Part shown: in pieces, positions 9,406 to 19,650 of the stretch
Layout of the letters: each line of letters begins with the position of its first letter
Numbering within the stretch: the stretch's first letter is position 1
DNA from: Bacilli bacterium
Lineage (GTDB): Bacteria; Bacillota_I; Bacilli_A; RFN20; CAG-826
Length of the DNA stretch: 64,000 nt
Assembly: GCA_045114745.1 (NCBI GenBank)
Contig: JBGULD010000005.1
Coordinates: 1,467-65,466 of the forward strand
Direction of reading: 5' to 3'
Made by a program: the position numbers and the translations under genes
The notes under the pieces: model-generated
Told to the model about the DNA's origin: nothing
Seen by the model: only the letters and a program-made list of their open reading frames with translations
Database searches by the model: none

Positions 9406-10618
9406 CTAAAATATCTCCTCCATTGATTAAAGCATCGATCAAAGCATCGATATCTTCTTTACTTGTATATAAATATGTAGACATACGACATGTCGCTACA
9501 CATCCTAAATAATCATTTAAAATCTTCGCGCAGTGTTGACCACTTCTAATGGCGATACCTTTACTATTTAATAAGGTTGCTTCATCTTGGGCAAAGATAC
9601 CTTTTTTATTAAAGGTAATAATGCCGTTTTTCGCATTCTTATTATAAATAATAATGTCATCACATTTTTCTAATTTTGATATTGCATATTCGCATAATTC
9701 TTGATCGTGTTTATGAATATTATCCATACCGATAGATTCTAAGAATTCCACGGCGGCTTTCAATCCTAAAATGCCAGCGATATTTTGTGTTCCTGCTTCA
9801 AATCTCATCGGTGGTTCATATGGAACCATTTCAATATCTTTATTAAAGGAGACATTCATACCTCCTCCAACAAAATATGGCCACATTTTCTCTAATAGAG
9901 AATATTTACCCACTAAACAACCGATGCCGGTAGGACCGCACATCTTATGTCCAGAGAATGTTAAGAAGTCGGCATCTAAATCTTTGAAGTCGACTTTCAT
10001 ATGTGGAACGGATTGAGCGCCATCGACGACGAGGATCGCGCCATGAGAGTGGGCAATCTTTGCGAATTCTTTGATATCAACAATATTGCCTAAAACATTA
10101 CTGACTTGAGCAACGGAGATTACTCTAGCTTTATCTGTAATAATCTTTTTAAGATTGTCGACAGATAAACATCCATTTTCATCTAAAGGAATGAACTTAA
10201 TGACCGCACCAGTTAAATGAGAGACTTCATACCATGGTAATAAGTCGGAAGCGTGTTCCGCTTCGCTTAATAATATTTCATCCCCTTCCTTAAGGAACTG
10301 GAATCCATAAGATAAAGCAATAAGGTTTAATGACATCGTGTCACCAGAAGTAAAGACGACTTCATTAGGTTCGGCATTAATAAATCTAGCAATAGTTTCT
10401 CTTGTCTCTTGAACCTTCTTATCCATATTGAATAACAAGTCATAATCACCTCTATGGTGATTCGCAGTTTCTTCAGAATAATACTTAACTGTGGCATCAA
10501 TAACACATTGAGGCTTAAATGTCGTAGAAGCATTATCTAAATAGACAAGGGGTTTGCCTTGCATCTTTTTATCTTTTAACATGGGGAATAGTTCGCGAAT
10601 CTTATAAACGTCGTACAT
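9389..10618 (-). CDS. sufS: Cysteine desulfurase SufS (class V aminotransferase)
   Basis: SGHKMCGPTGIG contains the PLP lysine, and RSGQHCA is the active-site Cys loop. The start is taken at the ATG at 10618, directly after the sufD stop. The alternative upstream start at 10639 would overlap sufD. Confidence 0.9.
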   Translation of the reverse strand: MYDVYKIRELFPMLKDKKMQGKPLVYLDNASTTFKPQCVIDATVKYYSEETANHHRGDYDLLFNMDKKVQETRETIARFINAEPNEVVFTSGDTMSLNLIALSYGFQFLKEGDEILLSEAEHASDLLPWYEVSHLTGAVIKFIPLDENGCLSVDNLKKIITDKARVISVAQVSNVLGNIVDIKEFAKIAHSHGAILVVDGAQSVPHMKVDFKDLDADFLTFSGHKMCGPTGIGCLVGKYSLLEKMWPYFVGGGMNVSFNKDIEMVPYEPPMRFEAGTQNIAGILGLKAAVEFLESIGMDNIHKHDQELCEYAISKLEKCDDIIIYNKNAKNGIITFNKKGIFAQDEATLLNSKGIAIRSGQHCAKILNDYLGCVATCRMSTYLYTSKEDIDALIDALINGGDILDAYFN

Positions 10619-10619
10619 A

Positions 10620-11438
10620 CTATATCGTCTTCCCTTCAATTAACTCTTCAATCTGATATTTAATCTCATCATCAGTAAATCCTTTAAGAATTGGTTTTAA
10701 ATAACCAAGGGTAATGATGCGTTTTGCCTCGTCTTCAGTAAGACCACGAGAGGTTAAATAAAAGATGTGTTCATCATTTATTTTTCCGACCACGGCAGCG
10801 TGGCTGGCTTCGATATCATTCTCATCAATTTTCAAAATTGGCTTGGCAACACCGTTACTAAGTTCATCAAAGACCATGATTTTGGCGTTTTGATGGGCTT
10901 TAGAACCATGTGAACCCTTAACGATTTGGCAAATTCCAGAGAAAACTAGTCTTCCATTATCTCTGCAGACCCCATAATTATCCATTTGAGCATATGTATT
11001 AATGGCGTTATGGTAGACAGAGACATCGAATTCTTTATTATCTTGGTTCATGCTAAGTGAAGCGAGATGCCAGTCACATGTGGCATATTCTTTATTCAAA
11101 TTAACGATGACTTCCGCTTTGACGTGGCCAGTAATAAAATCGGCAAAATATCCAGAAAAAGTGGATTTATATCCGACATTTGCGGTGATTTTGCATTGTT
11201 TTGTCTCTTTATAATCTAAAATTGCGACATTCACATAGGAGTTATCTTCAATATCAATATGGAGATGTTTGTCACTAGTTAAATTAATAACGGAGACATC
11301 AACATGAGAATCATTTTTAACTAATAGGAAAACATCGTTATCAGTATTAGCTAAATTCAAGACAAATAAGTCAGGTGTATTAGCCTGAATAACGTATTTA
11401 TTATCCTTATTTTTAGTTAAAATGGTCTCGTTAATCAT
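10620..11438 (-). CDS. sufD: Fe-S assembly protein SufD (short form)
   Basis: The 272-aa ORF lies between sufC and sufS. The C-terminus EASHAAVVGKINDEHIFYLTSRGLTEDEAKRIITLGYL is the SufB/SufD family signature. Confidence 0.8.
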   Translation of the reverse strand: MINETILTKNKDNKYVIQANTPDLFVLNLANTDNDVFLLVKNDSHVDVSVINLTSDKHLHIDIEDNSYVNVAILDYKETKQCKITANVGYKSTFSGYFADFITGHVKAEVIVNLNKEYATCDWHLASLSMNQDNKEFDVSVYHNAINTYAQMDNYGVCRDNGRLVFSGICQIVKGSHGSKAHQNAKIMVFDELSNGVAKPILKIDENDIEASHAAVVGKINDEHIFYLTSRGLTEDEAKRIITLGYLKPILKGFTDDEIKYQIEELIEGKTI

Positions 11439-12256
11439 TATTTAATAGCTTCCTTGACTGCACAGGTGCCAATCGAGACGGAATTCATGTTATTTTCTTC
11501 CTTCATGATCTCAATTCCGAGCTCAGTTTTGATAAATTCATAACCGGTTTGATCGATCTTTTTGATATAGCTTGGATCGCCATCAATGGCCACTCTTCCG
11601 TTCACGATGACAACAGCTCTTGTAGGTTGAATTAAATCGAACAACCTAGCGTAGTGAGAAATGACTAAAAATCCAATGCCTTTTGCCTGTTCTTTTTTAA
11701 TGACATCAGCCACGACTTGAATGGCATCGACATCTAAACCAGAATCGATCTCATCAAGCATAGCGATTTTGGGTTCCAAAAGCATTAGTTGGAGAATCTC
11801 ATTTCTCTTCTTTTCACCACCAGAAAATCCTTCATTTAAAGATCTGGTAGCAAGGTCAAAAGGCATCTTCAATTCTTTGGTTGCGCCATTGATTAATTTA
11901 TAGAATTGATAGGTCGTAACTTTCTTCTCGCTTTTAGCGTTAACTGCAGCACGTAAAAAATCACTATTGATAACACCAGGTATTTCTGAGGGATTTTGCA
12001 TACCGAGGAAAAGACCTAATCTAGCTCTTTCATCAGTGGTTAATTTTAAAACATCAATATCATCAAAAAAGATGCTGCCTTTTGTGACGATATATTTTGG
12101 ATGACCCATAATGACATTTAGTAATGTTGATTTACCATGTCCATTAGGTCCCAAAACGGCAACGGTTTCATTTTCCTTTATAGTAAGGTCAATTCCTTTG
12201 AGGATTTCCTTACCATCTACCTCAGCGTGTAGGTTTTTAATAACTAGTGTTGACAT
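11438..12256 (-). CDS. sufC: Fe-S assembly ATPase SufC
   Basis: It has Walker A GPNGHGKST, the ABC signature FSGGEKKRNE and Walker B IAMLDEIDSGLD. It is the first gene of the suf operon. Confidence 0.95.
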   Translation of the reverse strand: MSTLVIKNLHAEVDGKEILKGIDLTIKENETVAVLGPNGHGKSTLLNVIMGHPKYIVTKGSIFFDDIDVLKLTTDERARLGLFLGMQNPSEIPGVINSDFLRAAVNAKSEKKVTTYQFYKLINGATKELKMPFDLATRSLNEGFSGGEKKRNEILQLMLLEPKIAMLDEIDSGLDVDAIQVVADVIKKEQAKGIGFLVISHYARLFDLIQPTRAVVIVNGRVAIDGDPSYIKKIDQTGYEFIKTELGIEIMKEENNMNSVSIGTCAVKEAIK

Positions 12257-12449
12257 ATCTATTTACCTCAGACCGCGTACTATTCTACATATACGCAAAA
12301 GCAATTTCAATTAATACGATAATTTATTTGAGCAAACTCATACCATAAATCCTTTACTAAGTAAGGTAGTTCAAAATGTTGTTGCATTAAAAATCAATAA
12401 TATTTAAAATATTACCGCTATTATTCAGTAGAAGGAGTAAAACGAGAAC

Positions 12450-14435
12450 ATGAAAAAAAGTAAACTATCACTCGGATTAGTTACTAGTTTCATTGCATCA
12501 ATGGCTTTGACTGCATGTGGTTCCGATGTTACAAAAAATAAGACAAACATCGTTGATTTCACAGGCTATGATGGAAGCAACTTATCTGTCCTTATAGATG
12601 AAATCTATGAAGACTATATGAAGAGTTCCACAGGTATTGCCAAATACTATGATCAAGTCATGGAAGTTCTTATTCGTAATGCTTTCCAACAAGATAAGAC
12701 TGGAAGCAAAACTGAAGGTAACGGCTTATCAGGCGTTAAGAAGAACTATAACCAAATTGTCAATGAAGCTAAAGACAATGTTAAGGGTGCCAAGCAAACT
12801 GCTAAACAAAACGCAGAAACCAATGGCACAAGCTATAAGACAGAATGGCAATCTGTTCTTAAAGAAAAGAATGTAAAGGATGAAGAAGAACTTCTCCAAT
12901 ATTACATTTATCAATTAGAAAAAGAAGAAATCGAAGATTGGTACTTCGACAAACACGAAGATGAACTCAAACAAGAATATCTTGGTGTTAAAGGTGATGG
13001 CACAATCGCCGAAAGCAAAGTATCATCCAGATTCCCATATCACATCCGTCATATCTTAGTTAAAGTCGAAGACGGTGCGAAAGAATTTGCCCGTGGCACA
13101 ATTGATGCTGATAAAGCCAAATTATTATCTAGCGCAGTGCAATTACTCGCCGAAGGTAATATGACATTTGGTGAAGTCGCTCAAAAGAAGAGCGAAGATG
13201 GTTCATCTTCCTCCTATGGTGACGTCGGTATCATGGACAACAAAATTGAAAGCGGCAAATTAGGCATGGTCAACGAATTCCAATTAGGAATTTATGCATA
13301 TGACGCGATTAGAAAGAACGCTACTAACGCGGTCATCGAAAAAGGTTTAGGTTTAGACAAGAAAGCGGATATCAAAAACAACAAAACCACAAGAGAATTC
13401 TTAGAAGCTAGAGGCATTGTAGAAATTCCTTATTCTGTCTTTAAAGAATTAGGTGATGTCGCTGACTTAGAAGCTAACGCGCAAAGCGGTTTAGCTGTTG
13501 AAGAAGGTAAGGCTGCTGTTTATCCAAGAAATATTCTTTGGAATACTTACTTAAATAACCACAGCATTTTTGTCATTACCAATGGTAAACGTGCTGCAGT
13601 CGATGCTATCTCCGCGGTTGACGTTGCTAAATTAGATCCAACCACAAATGCGGCTGGTTATCTCGATGGCGAAGATCCAGATTATAAGCCACATCAACAA
13701 GCTGGTGAATCAGTTGCTGATTACAACACCAGATGTGAAGAAGAAAAGATTGATTATAATAATCTTCAAGGTGATGTCTTAACTGGTAGACCTGGATTTA
13801 TGACCAAGGCCACAGAATTTACCGGTTTAGACGAACAAGTCTTATGCGATGAAAACGGTAACGTTATCATCGGTGTTCGTAGCGAATTCGGTATCCACTT
13901 AATGGTGGTTCAAAAATCTATTTTTGATTTCACCGCTGATGCGGAAAAAGTCAGATTAGAAGACTACTATACAACCGCTATTCCAGGTGATTCTGATTAT
14001 CCAAAATATGCTGACGGAAGCGAAAAAGAAACATATGTTAACTTCATTAGTTCTGTCAATAAATCAGAATATAACACCCGTGCGGATGCTGTTAGAACCG
14101 CGATTAAAGGTTTTGATAAAACATATGACTATCGTTTATATGAACACTTAAGAGATAATTCCGGTATCAACCTTGAAAACGAAAGCACCAAAAAACTCTT
14201 AGAAAGTATCAATGATTACATTGCTATTCAAAGAGAAAAGAACGCTAACGATCAAACTGATGGTTTAGAAGATGTCTGGCAAACCTATGTTGAATTATTA
14301 CAAACACAAGATTACTTCAGACACATCGAATCCGCTAACAGCCGTTTAGTCCCAGAAGGATGTAAGATTGCCTTCACCAAGACTGGCGTTGCTGATACCG
14401 AATACAAAGAAGGAGGTAAATGTTATGTCAAATAA
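12450..14435 (+). CDS. Large surface lipoprotein with a PpiC/parvulin-type peptidyl-prolyl isomerase (PrsA-like) domain
   Basis: A signal peptide and lipobox are present (SMALTAC-G). Parvulin-like segments are RFPYHIRHILVKVEDG, GDVGIMDN, MVNEFQLGIY and FGIHLMVVQK. A GAAGGAG RBS lies upstream. Confidence 0.7.
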   Translation: MKKSKLSLGLVTSFIASMALTACGSDVTKNKTNIVDFTGYDGSNLSVLIDEIYEDYMKSSTGIAKYYDQVMEVLIRNAFQQDKTGSKTEGNGLSGVKKNYNQIVNEAKDNVKGAKQTAKQNAETNGTSYKTEWQSVLKEKNVKDEEELLQYYIYQLEKEEIEDWYFDKHEDELKQEYLGVKGDGTIAESKVSSRFPYHIRHILVKVEDGAKEFARGTIDADKAKLLSSAVQLLAEGNMTFGEVAQKKSEDGSSSSYGDVGIMDNKIESGKLGMVNEFQLGIYAYDAIRKNATNAVIEKGLGLDKKADIKNNKTTREFLEARGIVEIPYSVFKELGDVADLEANAQSGLAVEEGKAAVYPRNILWNTYLNNHSIFVITNGKRAAVDAISAVDVAKLDPTTNAAGYLDGEDPDYKPHQQAGESVADYNTRCEEEKIDYNNLQGDVLTGRPGFMTKATEFTGLDEQVLCDENGNVIIGVRSEFGIHLMVVQKSIFDFTADAEKVRLEDYYTTAIPGDSDYPKYADGSEKETYVNFISSVNKSEYNTRADAVRTAIKGFDKTYDYRLYEHLRDNSGINLENESTKKLLESINDYIAIQREKNANDQTDGLEDVWQTYVELLQTQDYFRHIESANSRLVPEGCKIAFTKTGVADTEYKEGGKCYVK

Positions 14436-16239
14436 TAAAGGTTTTAAGAGAATTCTTGCCGTTGCTCTCCTTTCCACAATCGGTTTAGTCGCTTGTAATA
14501 ACGAAGTTCAAGCCAAACCAGCTAACTATGATGACCAACTCCTCACCTTCACTGATAATACTGATGAGATTTATCATAACTTAGTGAGCATCATTGATGA
14601 TGCATACCGTGATGGCACATTAGCCAGTGCTGTCTTAGACAAAGTCTTATACACCTATTCTGTCTCTGTCTTTGGTAGATACAACCGTGTCGCCAAACCA
14701 TATAACTTAGGCGAAGAAGAAATCACCTTAAAAGAAGCTGTCAACAACATCGAAAATGGTGACAAAGCTCTCGCTGATAAGTTCATTGAAAAACATAAAG
14801 CATACTGGACCACCGACAACGATGGTAACCGTGTGACCACAGATGACGCAAAGACTAGAGAATATGAACGTGTCAAAGCGAAATGGAAAACTATCGAAGA
14901 TAGAATTGCCAGAAACTTCTATTCTGACATCTCCGGTGGTTCCTATAGCACCAGAGGATATTTCGATGAAAAGAAATATATCTCATCTTTAAGAACTCAA
15001 CTCCGCAAAGTCTTATGGGGTGACGATCTTACCGCTTACACCAAAGAAAGCGATAAATTAGTCATCACACCAGACGTCAGAGAAGAAGAAGTCTTCACCA
15101 AAGTAGTTACCACTAAGGCTGCGGTTGATACCACATACTTACATAGACAAAACTACCAAGATGTTGCTTCTTATACTCTTGCTACTGCGGAAAAATTAGA
15201 AGAAGCCAAAGCCACTTATGTGGAAGATGAAATCATCCCCACCATTTATCGTTCATTATTAATCGAACAATATTTGTTAGATGAATCCTATAACTCCATC
15301 TCCCGTAGTGCGGCTAGAAAAGTCAATGTCTTATCTATTTCCACAAATAGTAATAACGACAAAGCCGCTGACTATTTAATGAAATATTTCGTTAGAAATA
15401 AAATCAGTGGCGCTAAAGGTAATGCAATCACCTTAGCGGACTTCAATGCTGCGAGTAACGCCTACAAAGGCACACCTGAATCTCAAGATTATATTTATGG
15501 TGCTGGCGGTGTTAACGAAGTCTTCCCAGGCGCTTTCCCAGAAAAGACATTAACATATGATGGTGATAACTATACATATTATGTCGGTACTGACTATGGC
15601 GATATGATGGCCAACTTTGCCAAAATCAAAGATAACCTCAACATTACTGATACCGCTTTAGAAAGCGATTTCACTGGCAGCTATTCCTACACCGCAGGTG
15701 TCGGTAGAGAAATCAAAGAAAACGAAATCAGAGCTAAATCATACGTTACAGATGGTTGGTTCGTAAGAGAAAACTCGATCGGTGATTTACCAGATTCCAT
15801 TAAGAACCGTTTAGTGGAAATCGGTGTCGCTAACGTCTTAGATAATGAATCTACAGTCGACCGTTATGCAGAAGCTGAATACAAAGTTCCTGAAAACGAA
15901 AGTAAATTAGTGGCCAAAATCAATGGTGCTTATTACTTAAAAGTGGCGAGCAAACAAGCGGGCGCCAACGAAAAAGATGACATCCTCTTCTACGAAGGTG
16001 GTAAATACTATGTCGTCCAAATCGAAGAAGCCGTTTCTCACTCTAAATTATCTAAAGAATCAGAAAAATACGCTGCTGATAAGAAAGAAGAAATCATCAA
16101 CGAAGTCGCAAGACTAATCGGTGAAAACGATACTTATAAGAACTTATCAACCAAGCACTGGTTAAAAGAAGCTGCTTTGAAATACCATGACACAAAGGTC
16201 TACGACTATTTCAAAGAAAATTATCCAGATTTGTTCTAA
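14425..16239 (+). CDS. Large surface lipoprotein, apparent distant paralogue of the upstream lipoprotein
   Basis: The start is moved to MSNNKGFKRILAVALLSTIGLVAC-N, which has a signal peptide and lipobox. A GGAGG RBS lies inside the end of the upstream gene, giving an 11-nt overlap. I saw no clear catalytic parvulin motif. Confidence 0.65.
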   Translation: MSNNKGFKRILAVALLSTIGLVACNNEVQAKPANYDDQLLTFTDNTDEIYHNLVSIIDDAYRDGTLASAVLDKVLYTYSVSVFGRYNRVAKPYNLGEEEITLKEAVNNIENGDKALADKFIEKHKAYWTTDNDGNRVTTDDAKTREYERVKAKWKTIEDRIARNFYSDISGGSYSTRGYFDEKKYISSLRTQLRKVLWGDDLTAYTKESDKLVITPDVREEEVFTKVVTTKAAVDTTYLHRQNYQDVASYTLATAEKLEEAKATYVEDEIIPTIYRSLLIEQYLLDESYNSISRSAARKVNVLSISTNSNNDKAADYLMKYFVRNKISGAKGNAITLADFNAASNAYKGTPESQDYIYGAGGVNEVFPGAFPEKTLTYDGDNYTYYVGTDYGDMMANFAKIKDNLNITDTALESDFTGSYSYTAGVGREIKENEIRAKSYVTDGWFVRENSIGDLPDSIKNRLVEIGVANVLDNESTVDRYAEAEYKVPENESKLVAKINGAYYLKVASKQAGANEKDDILFYEGGKYYVVQIEEAVSHSKLSKESEKYAADKKEEIINEVARLIGENDTYKNLSTKHWLKEAALKYHDTKVYDYFKENYPDLF

Positions 16240-16245
16240 TTCATT

Positions 16246-16272
16246 AAGGAGGTCTAAACAACCTCCTTTTTT
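16246..16272 (+). terminator. Rho-independent terminator of the lipoprotein pair
   Basis: AAGGAGGT-ctaaaca-ACCTCCTTTTTT. Confidence 0.75.
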
Positions 16273-16309
16273 GGTGTATAATATTCTATAAGAATAGAGG
16301 TCTATTTAT

Positions 16310-16723
16310 ATGCACGAAAAAGATGTCTTTTGTAAAATCATTGATGGGGAAATCCCCTGCTATAAACTATACGAGGATGATGATGTTCTCGCCTTCCTTG
16401 ATATATCTCAAGTCACCAAAGGTCACGCACTTGTAGTTAGTAAGAAACACTTTGAAAACTTCTTATCCACTCCACAAGAAATCATGCACAAGGTCATGGA
16501 TGTCGCCCAAAGAATCGGACAAGTCGATATCAAACTCTTAGGGGCTAGGGGAGTTAACATCTTATCTAACTGTTATCCCGCCGCGGGACAAAGTGTCATG
16601 CACTTCCATGTCCATGTCATACCAAGGTATGGAGAGGGTGAAGGATTTGAAATCCAGATGAAAAATAACTCCGAAGGACTCAATCTCCCCACCATCGCTG
16701 AACAAATTAAGATTAATTTATAA
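16310..16723 (+). CDS. HIT-family (histidine triad) nucleotide hydrolase
   Basis: CIFCKI-like CKIIDGEIP is present together with the histidine triad HFHVHVIP. Size is 137 aa. Confidence 0.9.
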   Translation: MHEKDVFCKIIDGEIPCYKLYEDDDVLAFLDISQVTKGHALVVSKKHFENFLSTPQEIMHKVMDVAQRIGQVDIKLLGARGVNILSNCYPAAGQSVMHFHVHVIPRYGEGEGFEIQMKNNSEGLNLPTIAEQIKINL

Positions 16724-16733
16724 TTAAAGCATC

Positions 16734-16759
16734 AAAAAAGGCCGTTTCAGGCCTTTTTC
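16734..16759. terminator. Bidirectional terminator between the HIT gene (+) and yhaM (-)
   Basis: AAAAAAGGCC-gtttca-GGCCTTTTTC. Confidence 0.7.
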
Positions 16760-16774
16760 TATAATTATTAATAA

Positions 16775-17713
16775 TTATTCCTTCGGCTTATAAATCATGC
16801 GATTATCAAGCGGAAATACCTTATTAGAGAATTCTCCAGGTTTCACACCCTCTAATGCTTTTGTGGCAATCACCATTTTGCTATCCAAATTATCAATTAA
16901 TGATAATAAGAGGGCCTCTTTAGTCATTGGTAAGATAGGTGAACCAAATTCCGCATAGCCGTGATGAGATAAGACCATATGTTCTAATAATAATGGAACT
17001 TCACTGGTGATCTTAAGTCCTTCCGCCGCTCTTCTAATTTCACTGACCATGATGGAAATATGGCCTAATAGTTTTCCTTCTAAGGAATATTTATAAATCA
17101 CTGGTCCTTCAAATTCGATGGTTTTACCCATGTCATGGAGTAAGATACCAGTTAATAAGATATCTTTATCAACATCACCATAGTAATCAGCTAGATAAAC
17201 ACCGAGATCCGCCATCGAGATGGTATGCATTAATAATCCAGAGGCATAATCGTGATGCACGCTGACCGCTGCGGGATAATCAAATAGTTTGGGAGATAAT
17301 CTTTTAATTAAATAATCCAATATCTTGCGGCAATCTTCATTTTTAATGCTTTCCACGTGCGCATTAAATCTTTTAATTAATTCTTCTTTAGGAATTGGAG
17401 GTTTTTTAATAAATCTAGCGACATCAATTTCTTCCACATCGACATTTCTACCAGCGATGATCTTCATCTGTAATGCTTCGCGATATTTTAAAACATCAGC
17501 GTCGATAGAAACTACCGCACCAACGACATATAAAGATTCATCTTCACTAGTGGCTTCCCACTTCTTCGCGTTAATACTACCCGAAGAATCTCTTAATTCT
17601 AAATTCATATATGCCGCGCCGGCATTATTGACACATTTTGCGCTACTAGCGACGAGGAATTGACCGCTAATGCGTTCTCCATCAACTAATTCAGAAATCA
17701 TTTTCATAACCAC
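16775..17713 (-). CDS. yhaM: 3'-5' exoribonuclease YhaM-like (OB-fold + HD domain)
   Basis: The 312-aa ORF has an N-terminal OB-fold-like segment. The HD domain is marked by LLHDMGK and HHG. The size and architecture are typical of YhaM. Confidence 0.75.
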   Translation of the reverse strand: MVMKMISELVDGERISGQFLVASSAKCVNNAGAAYMNLELRDSSGSINAKKWEATSEDESLYVVGAVVSIDADVLKYREALQMKIIAGRNVDVEEIDVARFIKKPPIPKEELIKRFNAHVESIKNEDCRKILDYLIKRLSPKLFDYPAAVSVHHDYASGLLMHTISMADLGVYLADYYGDVDKDILLTGILLHDMGKTIEFEGPVIYKYSLEGKLLGHISIMVSEIRRAAEGLKITSEVPLLLEHMVLSHHGYAEFGSPILPMTKEALLLSLIDNLDSKMVIATKALEGVKPGEFSNKVFPLDNRMIYKPKE

Positions 17714-18497
17714 TATCCTCCCACATTTTCATAATCTCATTTAATTTGTAGCCCTTACTACGTAAAGAACTAACAACTTTATTTTTCAGTTCATATCCAT
17801 GATAGTTTCTTTGATAACGGATATAGACCTTATTAAAATCTTTTTCTAATTTATCTTTCTCTTCTTTTGGTTTCCCACTTTTAACATGGTTAGATACTTC
17901 CATGGCGATATCATTATCAAAACCTAAAGATAATAACGCTTTATAAACATGTTGTCTTTTTTGTTCATAAGCATATTTATCATATTTTCTTTCTAATTTC
18001 GGAAGATTGTTCATCGCTTTCTTTTTTTCTAATGAATAAGGAAAATTATTCATCGGAATATTTTCTAAGAAGATACCTTTATTTAATAATTCTTGGATAA
18101 TCTTATTCTTACCGATATTTCTTTCGTTACCATATTCTATATGGTCAAGGATGAGCATCTTATCGTTAATCAAATCATTTTCTTTTAAAGATTTAATCAC
18201 TCTATCCACATCGGATTTCTTTCCTTCTTTTGCATATAACTTCTCTCTCATCTTCCATTCGGAATAATGACCTTTTCTTAATAAAGATAAGGCATATTTC
18301 ATCAATGAAGCGGAAGCATTAAATTGTTCAATTTCTTTAATCTCTTTATAAGATACTTCCTTACCTTTATATAAATAAAAGCTCGCTAAAACTTCACTCA
18401 CACAAGTGAGCTTGCTCTTATCTTCAAAAGAGATAACCACATTCTTTTTATTAACTTTAATTTTAGAGATAATCTTACCAGAACTTTTTGAGGGCAC
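17691..18497 (-). CDS. recX: RecX-family regulatory protein
   Basis: RecX-like three-helix repeats are present (YALSLLRKGHYSEWKMREKLYAKEG...VDRVIKSLKENDLINDK). The start is reassigned to the GTG at 18497, which is preceded by GGAGG 9 nt upstream. The tracked 335-aa ORF start at 18698 lies deep inside the upstream GT4 gene. Confidence 0.65.
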   Translation of the reverse strand: MPSKSSGKIISKIKVNKKNVVISFEDKSKLTCVSEVLASFYLYKGKEVSYKEIKEIEQFNASASLMKYALSLLRKGHYSEWKMREKLYAKEGKKSDVDRVIKSLKENDLINDKMLILDHIEYGNERNIGKNKIIQELLNKGIFLENIPMNNFPYSLEKKKAMNNLPKLERKYDKYAYEQKRQHVYKALLSLGFDNDIAMEVSNHVKSGKPKEEKDKLEKDFNKVYIRYQRNYHGYELKNKVVSSLRSKGYKLNEIMKMWEDSGYENDF

Positions 18498-19650
18498 GGT
18501 TATAGACCTCCATAATGTTATCGTAGAACTTATCAATCGAATATTTATCCACTGTTTGATAAGCGCGATCAATAATTGCTTTTCTTCCTTCATTAGATAA
18601 AGCGAATATTCTCTCCGCTTTTTCCACAAACGATTCTTCATCAGTAAAGAAGAATCCGGTTTGACCATCAGTGATTGTATCCGCAAGGTTTGTATCAAAT
18701 CTCGCTAAAACAATCGCTCCTGAAGCCATGGCTTCCATAAATGTTAAACCTTGGGTTTCGGTAATAGAAGCGGATGTATATATATCTGCTAGATGATAAT
18801 AGAAAGGCACCTCTAAAGCGGGAACCTTACCGATGAAGTCCACTTTATCGGATATATGTAATTCATGAGTTAATAATTCTAATTCCTGTCTTTGTGGTCC
18901 ATCACCAACGACGAGCATCTTGGTGTCCATCTCTGGATGTTTTTCTAAGAATTTAGCAAAACCTCTAATGGAATAATCCATGCTCTTTTCTTGGGCGACA
19001 CGACCTAATAAGAGGAACACTTTCGTGTTTTCATTAATACCGTGTTCTTCTTTAAAGACTTTTTGTCTTTCTTTATCAATATTCTTTTCATCGAAGATGG
19101 AGAAATCAATTCCGGTCGGAACAACATTAACATAGATATCACTACCGATTGATCTCATATATTCTTTAGTCTTCATTGATGGAGTGATAAATTCGGTACA
19201 ATTCTTCGCGACGGTTTTTGCGTATCCTCTCATCGCTTTTTTACCAATGCGGTCCATTAATCCATGGACGACATAATATGTATAGTCTTCATAAGCGGTG
19301 TGATAGGTATATACTTGTGGCACTTTAAGTTGTCTAGCGGCAATACGGGCAAATTGACCGATACCGATATCGGTTTGGTTATGGATTAACTGCACACCAA
19401 AATCTTTTAAGATTTTCACAATCTTGCGGTTATATAATCCGGTTAAACGATATCCATATATTCTTTTGATTTCTAGTCCAGGAACATGGATAATCCCGTC
19501 TTTATATTCTAATTTGCCATCATCAGTTCTCGGAGTCACTACAACAACATCATGACCATGGTCTTTTAATGTCTTCACAAGATTATATGCGGAAGTAGAA
19601 ACACCATTGATAAATGGAGGATATGTATCAGTAAATATCGCGATCTTCAT
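18475..19650 (-). CDS. GT4-family glycosyltransferase, diacylglycerol glycolipid-synthase-like
   Basis: MKIAIFTDTYPPFINGVSTS is an N-terminus typical of GT4 glycolipid synthases of the Acholeplasma MGS type. The C-terminal ETQGLTFMEAMASG contains the EX7E motif. Confidence 0.75.
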   Translation of the reverse strand: MKIAIFTDTYPPFINGVSTSAYNLVKTLKDHGHDVVVVTPRTDDGKLEYKDGIIHVPGLEIKRIYGYRLTGLYNRKIVKILKDFGVQLIHNQTDIGIGQFARIAARQLKVPQVYTYHTAYEDYTYYVVHGLMDRIGKKAMRGYAKTVAKNCTEFITPSMKTKEYMRSIGSDIYVNVVPTGIDFSIFDEKNIDKERQKVFKEEHGINENTKVFLLLGRVAQEKSMDYSIRGFAKFLEKHPEMDTKMLVVGDGPQRQELELLTHELHISDKVDFIGKVPALEVPFYYHLADIYTSASITETQGLTFMEAMASGAIVLARFDTNLADTITDGQTGFFFTDEESFVEKAERIFALSNEGRKAIIDRAYQTVDKYSIDKFYDNIMEVYNRALKKFW

